Shown here: positions 1-7,446 of the stretch, in pieces
Layout: each line of letters opens with the position of its first letter
Numbering within the stretch: the first letter of the stretch is position 1
Source of the DNA: Candidatus Aenigmatarchaeota archaeon
GTDB lineage: Archaea > Aenigmatarchaeota > Aenigmatarchaeia > QMZP01
Direction of reading: 5' to 3'
Assembly (NCBI GenBank): GCA_043824495.1
Contig: JBDRSV010000004.1
Coordinates: 1-30,241, forward strand
DNA length: 30,241 nt
Program-made: the position numbers and the translations under genes
The notes under the pieces: model-generated
Databases searched by the model: none
What the model saw: only the letters and a program-made list of their open reading frames with translations
What the model was told of the DNA's origin: nothing

Positions 1-240
1 GTATCTCTTCACTTCTATCTCAGGATTATTACAATCATTTCTTATATCTTCTATCAATAGTTCAGTTTGTTGTTCTGTGAAAGGTTTGAAAGAGAATTCT
101 GCTGCTGGATGCTCTTCTAAATAAGATGCTATAGTAGGGTCTAGAAGAGCAATGTCTTCTATAGAAATATTCTGAATGTTCGTGCATCCAGAAATAAGTA
201 TTACAAGAAATACTGGAAGGAGTATTAACCAGGTGCGCAT
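1..240 (-). CDS. Putative lipoprotein, N-terminal part (runs off the window start; not in ORF track)
   Basis: Manual translation from ATG at 240: MRTWLILLPVFLVILISGCTNIQNISIEDIALLDPTIASYLEEHPAAEFSFKPF... It is open to base 1 and has a hydrophobic signal ending in an ISG-C lipobox-like motif. Confidence 0.75.
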   Translation of the reverse strand, partial: MRTWLILLPVFLVILISGCTNIQNISIEDIALLDPTIASYLEEHPAAEFSFKPFTEQQTELLIEDIRNDCNNPEIEVKRY

Positions 241-310
241 ATTATATAATTGTTTAATATAGTATTTATACTTCAGTGAAACTTATTACATACTAAATTA
301 AGAATAAAAT

Positions 311-1153
311 ATGGGAATTTCTTCCAAGTTTGTTAAGAAGTGGATAGCTGGAGAGACAATTGAAGATGCTATCCAAGCAGGGAAAGAAGCGAATGAGAGA
401 GGAGTCTTCGCTTTACTTGATATAGTTGGTGAGCACAGATTGCGTGCATCCAAAATGTACGAAGCCGAGATAGATTATATTCAACTTCTTAGACTGATAG
501 AATCTAACAAACTAAAAGCTGGTATATCTCTCAAGCTTACTCAGCTTGGTTTAGATGCGGATCCTATAGCATGTTATGAGTATATAGGGAACATAGCTAA
601 GCAGGCTTCTAAGAGGAAAATATTTGTTTGGATAGATATGGAGGATGCCAAATACACAGAAGATACGATTAAGATCTATTCAGCTCTTTACAAAAAATTC
701 AAAAGTATTGGATTGTGTGTACAAGCTAATCTAAAGCGTAGTGAGGAAGATTTGATCAATCTACTGAAACAAAAAGCCAATATCAGGCTTGTGAAAGGTG
801 CATACAAAGAGACAGAGGAGATAGCTTATCAAGGATACGGGGACATACAAGATCAATTCTCTAAGCTCATGAAAATATTATTCCAAAAGGGAGACAATTT
901 CGCAATAGCTACTCACGACAAGAAGCTTGTAGAAGAGGCTATCAAGCTCCAGAAGAAGTGGAAAAGAAAAATAGAATTTCAGTTCTTGAAGGGGGTAAGA
1001 GGAAAGATGAAGTGGGATCTAGTAGGTGATGGCTACAAAGTAGCTGAATACATCCCATTTGGTGAGAATTGGTATCCTTATTTCAAGCGCCGCCTTATGG
1101 AAAGGAAGAGAAATGCCCTTCTAATTGCCAGATCTGTGTTGGATCAGGGTTAG
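311..1153 (+). CDS. putB: Monofunctional proline dehydrogenase
   Basis: Motifs WIAGETIEDA, ISLKLTQLGL, VWIDMED, IGLCVQANL, RLVKGAY, AIATHD, FQFLKG and EYIPFGENWYPYFKRRLMER match the PRODH barrel. Confidence 0.92.
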   Translation: MGISSKFVKKWIAGETIEDAIQAGKEANERGVFALLDIVGEHRLRASKMYEAEIDYIQLLRLIESNKLKAGISLKLTQLGLDADPIACYEYIGNIAKQASKRKIFVWIDMEDAKYTEDTIKIYSALYKKFKSIGLCVQANLKRSEEDLINLLKQKANIRLVKGAYKETEEIAYQGYGDIQDQFSKLMKILFQKGDNFAIATHDKKLVEEAIKLQKKWKRKIEFQFLKGVRGKMKWDLVGDGYKVAEYIPFGENWYPYFKRRLMERKRNALLIARSVLDQG

Positions 1154-1188
1154 GGAAACAATTTAAATTTTCTTTCTAATCAAATAAC

Positions 1189-1584
1189 ATGGGTTTCTTT
1201 GATAAAGAGAATAAGTTAAGTAATAATATTTTGTTCTTTAAAGGTAAGAGGAATTATTCTTTCCAAGCTGATATAGTAAAGGACATATCATCTAGACCAT
1301 TTGCTAGTCAAAGTGTTAAAGAAGGAAAAGTTGTTATCTATATGTTTCCTGGAGAAGGAATTGTTCAGTTTCCTGTAACAAAGATGAAGAAACCTGTTGA
1401 TATTATTTTTGTCTCGAGAAATCTGGAAATAAATGATGTTGACAAGATAAGAGAGACAGATATCAAAGGACGCGGAATGATAGTAAGAGCTAAACATCCT
1501 ACACAGTATGTACTGGAGACTTCTAGTGGTTTTGTAAAAAAATATGGTTTAGGTCCTGGTGATACAATTAAAATTTTGAAATAG
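1189..1584 (+). CDS. DUF192-like protein (divergent)
   Basis: PVDIIFVS and YVLETSSGFVKKYGLGPGDTI match the DUF192 C-terminal pattern; the RGLM and FWMKN motifs are degenerate. Confidence 0.7.
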   Translation: MGFFDKENKLSNNILFFKGKRNYSFQADIVKDISSRPFASQSVKEGKVVIYMFPGEGIVQFPVTKMKKPVDIIFVSRNLEINDVDKIRETDIKGRGMIVRAKHPTQYVLETSSGFVKKYGLGPGDTIKILK

Positions 1585-1593
1585 TTGTGTACG

Positions 1594-2775
1594 TCATTTC
1601 AGAACTTTAGTTTCCTCATCTGACCATCCTATGCTTTGTAGAATTTTCTTATTTTTCTTTGTGATGATCTTGAGATATGGGAGGTATGTCTGAGCTTTCT
1701 GTCTTGAGCAATGTGTATGTTTTCCTAGAGTTTTTAGAGCTTCTGCTCTCAGAGCTCTTTTAGCTTTTGTTTTTCCCATGAGCATGAATTTGTCAGGAGG
1801 TTTGTACATGAAAAATCCTGATTTTTTCTTCTCTCCCTTGAATAATGAGACTCCTGCGAGAAGATCAGCCATGATTGCTTTGAATCTCCAATTCTGCATC
1901 TTGAACACTCTTCTTCTCATGATGTCGGCTTTAGAAAGAAGATCATATGTATCTATAAAGGCCTGTGGTTCCACAAGCTCATATGGTAGATTTGTTTCAA
2001 CCCACGCAAATACTTCATCAGAGTCCTTTCCACATTCCCTAATGGCTTTTCTGCCTGCTTTCACGTTTCTGGATTTGAGTATTATTTGTAAACTCGAGAA
2101 AATGTCATTTGATCTTTCTCTATAACCCAAGAACTCTAAATGTGATTCATCAAACTCAGAAGAACCTTTGGTGGCTGTCTGTAGATCACTAATTGCGGAT
2201 CTAAGATCCCCTCCAGACCATTTGGATAGAACTCGTATACTATTACCTTTAGCTTCTATCTTCTCTTGTTCGCATATGTGTTTAAGTCTTTTCATGATGT
2301 CATACATGTGAACTTTCTTGAATTTGGCTTCTTCACAATGAGTCTTTATGGTTCTTATTTTAGGGTTCCATGGATTTATTGCAATTAGAAATACTGGGAA
2401 TTGGGATTCCTTTATTATTTGTATGATAGCTGCTCCAGATCCTCTATCCCTTCCAGAAATTGTATCAACTTCGTCTATCAAAATGATTTTTCCTTTGTGA
2501 AATAAGGCTTTCTGTTTTGATGGTTGTCCAATAAGCCTTTCTATCTCATCTGGACTTCTCTTATCACTGGCATTTAAACTCACTATCTGATAATTCATTT
2601 CATTTGCAATAGCTTCTACTAGTGCTGTTTTACCACAACCAGTAGGTCCATGAATAAGTATTCCCTTTCCCGGTTTCCACGATCTAACAAATTCTTTTAC
2701 TTTGCCAACAGCTAGATCTTGACCTATTATATCAATTGCATTCTTTGGTTTGTACTTGTCTGTCCACATCTCCAT
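1594..2775 (-). CDS. rfcL: Replication factor C large subunit
   Basis: WTDKYKPK start, Walker A GPTGCGKT, LNASDKR, Walker B LIDEVD, GGDLRSAISDLQ and the C-terminal QNWRF region. Confidence 0.93.
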   Translation of the reverse strand: MEMWTDKYKPKNAIDIIGQDLAVGKVKEFVRSWKPGKGILIHGPTGCGKTALVEAIANEMNYQIVSLNASDKRSPDEIERLIGQPSKQKALFHKGKIILIDEVDTISGRDRGSGAAIIQIIKESQFPVFLIAINPWNPKIRTIKTHCEEAKFKKVHMYDIMKRLKHICEQEKIEAKGNSIRVLSKWSGGDLRSAISDLQTATKGSSEFDESHLEFLGYRERSNDIFSSLQIILKSRNVKAGRKAIRECGKDSDEVFAWVETNLPYELVEPQAFIDTYDLLSKADIMRRRVFKMQNWRFKAIMADLLAGVSLFKGEKKKSGFFMYKPPDKFMLMGKTKAKRALRAEALKTLGKHTHCSRQKAQTYLPYLKIITKKNKKILQSIGWSDEETKVLK

Positions 2776-2902
2776 GTATATAATTAGAGAAAAGATTAAA
2801 ATTGATTCTTGTTCTCAAGAACTATACTTTTAGCTGCCTGGTTAAAAACGAAACTTTAATATTAAACGTCAATGTTTTATTATGTCTGTCCAAGCCTAAA
2901 CT

Positions 2903-3073
2903 ATGAATTGTATGGTTTGTGGCGAGAAAGCTGACAGAGAATGCTACGGAACTATCAAGGGTCTTAAAATCGGTTTTTGTTGTAAGCATTCAGAAGAAGA
3001 CATACAGGCAAATTCGTTCTCATGTGACTCAGGAATAGTCGCCAAAGAAATAACTGCTGAAGCACAAGTTTAA
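2903..3073 (+). CDS. Small Cys-rich metal-binding protein, 56 aa (TRASH/zinc-finger-like; not in ORF track)
   Basis: Manual translation MNCMVCGEKADRECYGTIKGLKIGFCCKHSEEDIQANSFSCDSGIVAKEITAEAQV has CxxCG and FCCxH. It fills the intergenic gap. Confidence 0.65.
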   Translation: MNCMVCGEKADRECYGTIKGLKIGFCCKHSEEDIQANSFSCDSGIVAKEITAEAQV

Positions 3074-3098
3074 ATAATTTCATATGTAATTTCAAATC

Positions 3099-3320
3099 AT
3101 GGAAATAACTTTGAGATTGTTTGAAAGTTTGCTTGGAAAAGCTGGTCTTCCTAACACAGGAGATAATAGAAGACTCCTTGAAGATGCTATGAGAGAGACA
3201 TTGGAAGCTGGAAGAATACCTCAGAAAGACCTCCTTGAAATGGCATATGAGACTTGGAAAGATCCAGAAACAAGAGAAGAATTTGAAAAGAGTGTGATTT
3301 CAATGTTATTGGGAATGTAA
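3099..3320 (+). CDS. Hypothetical small acidic helical protein
   Basis: 73-aa ORF with normal composition, preceded by TTTAAATA about 22-29 nt upstream; abuts the convergent argF stop. Confidence 0.7.
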   Translation: MEITLRLFESLLGKAGLPNTGDNRRLLEDAMRETLEAGRIPQKDLLEMAYETWKDPETREEFEKSVISMLLGM

Positions 3321-4229
3321 TTACTTTCCTAGACACCACACCATAATACCTTTTTGTACGTGTAGTCTGTTTTCTGCCTGGTCAAGTATTATTGATTGAG
3401 GACCATCCATAACACCATCTGTTATTTCATTTCCTCTATGTGCAGGTAAATCATGCATCACAACAGCTGTTTTCTTTGCATGTTTCATGAGATCAGAATT
3501 GATTTGGTATGGAGTAAGATCTTTGATTCTCTTCTTTGCTTGTTTATCCCCCATACTTATCCATGTATCTGTGTAAACTACATCTGCATTTTTCACAGCT
3601 TCTTTTGGATTCTTTGTAATTTTGATGTCTGTGAATGATTGTATTTCTTTATCAGGTTTGTAATTTGGTGGACAACCAATAGTCATTTCTAAACCTAACT
3701 TGTTTGCTGCATACATAAGAGACTGACAAATATTATTTCCCGCATCTCCAACATAAGATAGTTTCAATCCTTCTAATTTACCGAATTTCTCTCGGAGTGT
3801 ATACATGTCAGCTAGAATTTGGCATGGGTGTAGTTTGTCTGTTAAACCGTTTATCACAGGAACTTCTGCTTTGTCTGCTAGCTCTAAAATATCATTGTGA
3901 TCAAACAATCGAGCCATGATTATATCCACATATCTACTCAGAACTTTTGCTGTGTCTCCAATTGTTTCACCGTGTCCTAACTGTATATCATGCACTCCTA
4001 GGAAAATTGCATGACCACCTAGTTGTTGCATTCCAACTTCAAATGATACACGGGTGCGTGTGGAAGGTTTTGCAAATATCATTGCTAAAGTTTTGCCTGA
4101 TAGTATATTTGATCCTTGTCCTAATCTGAGAAGATTTAGGTTATTTTTCTTTAATCTTTCTGTAACACCAAAAATATACTTAATTTCATCTAGCTTCAGA
4201 TTGTCAATAGAAAGGAAATCTCTTTTCAT
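3321..4229 (-). CDS. argF: Ornithine carbamoyltransferase (ArgF/ArcB family)
   Basis: PSTRTRVSFE carbamoyl-phosphate motif, HPCQILAD, YVGDAGNN and DTWISMG; HDLPAHRG replaces the usual HCLPAHRG. Confidence 0.92.
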   Translation of the reverse strand: MKRDFLSIDNLKLDEIKYIFGVTERLKKNNLNLLRLGQGSNILSGKTLAMIFAKPSTRTRVSFEVGMQQLGGHAIFLGVHDIQLGHGETIGDTAKVLSRYVDIIMARLFDHNDILELADKAEVPVINGLTDKLHPCQILADMYTLREKFGKLEGLKLSYVGDAGNNICQSLMYAANKLGLEMTIGCPPNYKPDKEIQSFTDIKITKNPKEAVKNADVVYTDTWISMGDKQAKKRIKDLTPYQINSDLMKHAKKTAVVMHDLPAHRGNEITDGVMDGPQSIILDQAENRLHVQKGIMVWCLGK

Positions 4230-4339
4230 TTGTCTAATTATTAATTAGAGGAAACTTAAGCTTTTCTCTGCTTCTCGAATTAAAACGAATTTTTCGGTTT
4301 CAAATACAACATTATAATGCATAGTTGGGTATATGAACA

Positions 4340-4426
4340 ATGAAGTTTGCCCTCGTTCCGATTTTAGTGCTTAGCCTTGTAGTATTCGTATCTGGTTGTA
4401 CGACCGGTCAACCCGCCGATCCTTAA
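4340..4426 (+). CDS. 28-aa micro-lipoprotein or truncated lipoprotein remnant (not in ORF track)
   Basis: MKFALVPILVLSLVVFVSGCTTGQPADP* is a signal peptide plus VSG-C lipobox-like motif. The frame continues after TAA as PATTGSEKLNMEKK* to 4471. Confidence 0.5.
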   Translation: MKFALVPILVLSLVVFVSGCTTGQPADP

Positions 4427-4483
4427 CCAGCTACTACAGGCTCAGAGAAACTTAATATGGAGAAGAAGTGACTAAGTAAATGG

Positions 4484-5212
4484 GTGAAGAAGTTGGACAG
4501 ACAAAGTGTAATATTTTTGAATTCAGTGGCATTTGTTCTAGGGTTTACAATAGTTTTCTCTTTAGTTGGAGTTTTACTCCAGACTGTGTTATCAAGTATA
4601 GCTTTTGATGCAAGTAATGCTTTCAGAACAGTTGGTGGAGTAATCATAGTTATATTTGGTTTGGTGTTAACGGCAGCAATTAAATACAGAATACCTTTCC
4701 TATCAAGTGATCATAAGATAAAAGTTAAGAAATTTAATAACAGCTATATCAGTTCTTTTGTGTTTGGTGTAGCTTTTGCAATTGGTTGGACACCTTGTGT
4801 GGGTCCAATATTAGGTGCAATATACACACTAGCTGCTACGTCTCCTGGAGCTGGATTCTTGCTATTATTTGCTTACTCTCTTGGAATAGGAGTGCCATTC
4901 TTAATAGCAGGTATGTTCACATCTAGAGTTTCTGTGTTCCTCGAGAAGTCACAAAATGTTCTCAAATATTTCAATATAATAGGTGGCATATTACTGATTA
5001 TAATAGGATTGCTTGTATTTTTCAACTATTTAGGAATAATAGCTTCCTTTTTTGTAAGCGCTGAGGGTGCTGTTGATGTTTCAGGACAGCTTAACTTCTT
5101 AATAGCTTTCATAGCAGGAATAGTCACATTTATCTCGCCTTGTATATTGCCTTTACTGCCTGCATTTTTTTCATACATGGCAGGAACTACAGTGACAGAG
5201 GTTAAGAAATGA
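4484..5212 (+). CDS. ccdA: Cytochrome c biogenesis/thiol-disulfide transporter CcdA, circularly permuted
   Basis: FVLGFTIVF, FAIGWTPCVGPIL, AYSLGIGVPFL and GGILLIIIG are present. The normally N-terminal AFIAGIVTFISPCILPLLP helix is at the C-terminus. GTG start as called by the ORF track. Confidence 0.88.
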   Translation: MKKLDRQSVIFLNSVAFVLGFTIVFSLVGVLLQTVLSSIAFDASNAFRTVGGVIIVIFGLVLTAAIKYRIPFLSSDHKIKVKKFNNSYISSFVFGVAFAIGWTPCVGPILGAIYTLAATSPGAGFLLLFAYSLGIGVPFLIAGMFTSRVSVFLEKSQNVLKYFNIIGGILLIIIGLLVFFNYLGIIASFFVSAEGAVDVSGQLNFLIAFIAGIVTFISPCILPLLPAFFSYMAGTTVTEVKK

Positions 5213-6231
5213 GAGTAGAATACATCGTATTCGGAGTTATTATAGTAGGAGTGATAGTCTTGTCTCTATTCAACTTTGGTGGCGGAGGTTCGAATTATAC
5301 GAACCAGGGAACAGCACCAGATCTTGTAGGAATATCTGGTTGGATAAATACAGAACCCTTAAGTTTAGATCAACTTAGAGGTAAGGTTGTTTTGATTGAC
5401 TTCTGGACATACAGTTGCATAAACTGTATAAGAACTTTACCACACTTGAAAGGTTGGCATGAAAGATATTCTGATGATGGTTTGGTTATCATAGGTGTAC
5501 ATACACCAGAATTTGAATTCGAGAAAGATTATAATAATGTGAAAGCCGCTGTAGAGAATTATGGTCTGGAGTATGCAATAGCTCAGGATAATGACTATGC
5601 TACTTGGCAAGCTTATGGTAATAGATACTGGCCTAGGAAATACATACTAGACGCACAGGGAAATATCAGATATGATCATATAGGTGAAGGCGGATATGAA
5701 GAGACGGAAAGAGTTATACAGGATTTACTCAAAGAAGCTAATTATCAAATAAATGAAACAATTGGAAGCTCAGATTCTGGACCTGGCCTGAGACCAATAG
5801 GATTTACTCCTGAATTATATTTTGGATATAATTTTGCAAGAGCTCCTCTAGGCAATCCAGAAGGATTGTCACCAGGAGGTACAGTGGATTATCAGAAGAT
5901 AGATGTCACACAACCAAATATAATCTATTTAGAAGGTCAATGGACAAACGGTCCAGATGGTATGACAGCTGTTGGAAATGGTAAGGTCTTCTTACGCTAC
6001 ACAGCAAAGAGTGTAAATATAGTGGCTGGTGGTAGTGGAAACGCAAAGATTCTAGCAGATGGAAATGTTTTATCTGAAACTAATGTAGGAACTGATGTAA
6101 ATCAAGATTCTTCAATTGATGTGACAGGCAGAAAATTGTATAACATCGTCTCAACTGTTAATTATGAATCTCATTTATTAGAAATACAAGCAGAAGACGG
6201 CTTTGAGATTTATACATTTACTTTTGGTTAA
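5209..6231 (+). CDS. Membrane-anchored DipZ-type thioredoxin (TlpA-like redoxin plus DipZ C-terminal domain)
   Basis: N-terminal anchor; LIDFWTYSCINCIRTLP, IGVHTPEFEFEK, NRYWPRKY, HIGEGGYEETE, TPELYFGY and RKLYNIV...FEIYTFTFG are DipZ hallmarks. ATGA overlap with ccdA. Confidence 0.88.
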   Translation: MRVEYIVFGVIIVGVIVLSLFNFGGGGSNYTNQGTAPDLVGISGWINTEPLSLDQLRGKVVLIDFWTYSCINCIRTLPHLKGWHERYSDDGLVIIGVHTPEFEFEKDYNNVKAAVENYGLEYAIAQDNDYATWQAYGNRYWPRKYILDAQGNIRYDHIGEGGYEETERVIQDLLKEANYQINETIGSSDSGPGLRPIGFTPELYFGYNFARAPLGNPEGLSPGGTVDYQKIDVTQPNIIYLEGQWTNGPDGMTAVGNGKVFLRYTAKSVNIVAGGSGNAKILADGNVLSETNVGTDVNQDSSIDVTGRKLYNIVSTVNYESHLLEIQAEDGFEIYTFTFG

Positions 6232-6232
6232 T

Positions 6233-6322
6233 TCACTTAAGTTCGACAAATCTCCCCTCTTTTGCTTTTTTATGTTGATTCTCTACAAGCTTATCGATGG
6301 ACTCTAATTTTTTATCTTTCAT
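6233..6322 (-). CDS. Possible 29-aa microprotein or gene remnant (not in ORF track)
   Basis: MKDKKLESIDKLVENQHKKAKEGRFVELK*; it lies downstream of another small same-strand ORF. Confidence 0.35.
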   Translation of the reverse strand: MKDKKLESIDKLVENQHKKAKEGRFVELK

Positions 6323-6343
6323 ATATTATTCACACGGTTAATT

Positions 6344-6475
6344 TTAAGGTGTAACAGGTCTAATTGCTTGTATGAAACTACCTGCTGGTTGTTGAGTCAT
6401 GATAAAGAAAGCCGCAATTACTGCTATGATTATAATAACGATGAATGCGATCATGTAGGTTTGTCCGAATTTCAT
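6344..6475 (-). CDS. 43-aa single-pass membrane microprotein, possible pilin-like N-terminus (not in ORF track)
   Basis: MKFGQTYMIAFIVIIIIAVIAAFFIMTQQPAGSFIQAIRPVTP* has a basic N-terminus, a G-Q and then an 18-residue hydrophobic stretch. Confidence 0.6.
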   Translation of the reverse strand: MKFGQTYMIAFIVIIIIAVIAAFFIMTQQPAGSFIQAIRPVTP

Positions 6476-6495
6476 AACTATAATTAGAAAGGAGG

Positions 6496-7440
6496 TTATT
6501 TAATTATTGTGGTTCCAGCTTTACCTTCTAGGGATTTCTCTAGTGAGTTGAAATCAGTTATTATGACCTTCTTGCCTCCCTTTTCTAAGTACTTAATAGC
6601 TGCTCTTATTTTAGGATCCATACTACCTGAGGCAAAATGACCCTCCTTTTCATATTTCTTGATGTCTTTCAGTTTGACTTTTCCCAGTTTTTCTTGATTC
6701 GGTTTTTTGTAATTTAGATAAACTCCATCCACATCAGTTAAGATGATAAAAATATCAGGTTTAATTGTTTCAGCTAGTTTAGCTGAAGCTAGATCTTTGT
6801 CTATTACAGCATCTATTCCTTCATAGCCTTTGGGGCCTTTAATTACAGGAATACCTCCACCACCCGCAGCAAGAATAACTGTTCTAAAATTAATTAGTTT
6901 TTTTATTGTTTTTATTTCAATAATTTTTATTGGTTTAGGAGATGGTACAACACGCCTGTATCCGTTTCCCACGTCAATAAAAACATGTCCTTTTTTCTTT
7001 AGTTTCTCAGCATGTTTTTTTGTATAGAAAGGACCTACAGGCTTAGTTGGGTTTTTAAACGCCTGGTCATTCTTGTCTACTAATATTTGTGTGATAATTG
7101 AAACTACTGGAATACTAATATTCTGTTTATTTAACTCGTTAATTAGTGTTTGTTCGATCAAATAGCCCAACTGACCTTGAACTTCTGCATCCAGAACATT
7201 TAAGGGCATTGGAGAAACAGTATCTTTTGCTATCTCATTCTGAAGAATAAGAGAACCGACTTGTGGTCCACTGCCGAAAGTAATTATCAATCTCAAATTT
7301 CTATTTCCTTTGAGTATATTAACAATAGATTTGCTTGTTTTTTTTATATTTTGAATCAAATCATTATACTCCACTATATTTTTAGATGTTGTAAGAGAAT
7401 TCCCACCCAAAGCGATAACTGCTATTTTCATTATTATCAT
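6496..7440 (-). CDS. arcC: Carbamate kinase
   Basis: VIALGGNSL, GPQVG, KPVGPFY, YRRVVPSPKP, GGGGIPV, AVIDKD, LTDVDGVY and GSMDPKI. The true start may be the second Met (7431). Confidence 0.92.
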   Translation of the reverse strand: MIIMKIAVIALGGNSLTTSKNIVEYNDLIQNIKKTSKSIVNILKGNRNLRLIITFGSGPQVGSLILQNEIAKDTVSPMPLNVLDAEVQGQLGYLIEQTLINELNKQNISIPVVSIITQILVDKNDQAFKNPTKPVGPFYTKKHAEKLKKKGHVFIDVGNGYRRVVPSPKPIKIIEIKTIKKLINFRTVILAAGGGGIPVIKGPKGYEGIDAVIDKDLASAKLAETIKPDIFIILTDVDGVYLNYKKPNQEKLGKVKLKDIKKYEKEGHFASGSMDPKIRAAIKYLEKGGKKVIITDFNSLEKSLEGKAGTTIIK

Positions 7441-7446
7441 CTTCTA

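Noticed and set aside
1594-1700. RFC large subunit lacks an obvious C-terminal PIP box
   Set aside because: Short C-termini are, from recollection, not unusual for this subunit in reduced archaea; it is not distinctive without an alignment.
4424-4471. Stop-codon reassignment or read-through fusing the lipoprotein ORF to ccdA
   Set aside because: Two different stops (TAA and TGA) would need to be read through, and TAA, TAG and TGA all end well-supported genes in this window.
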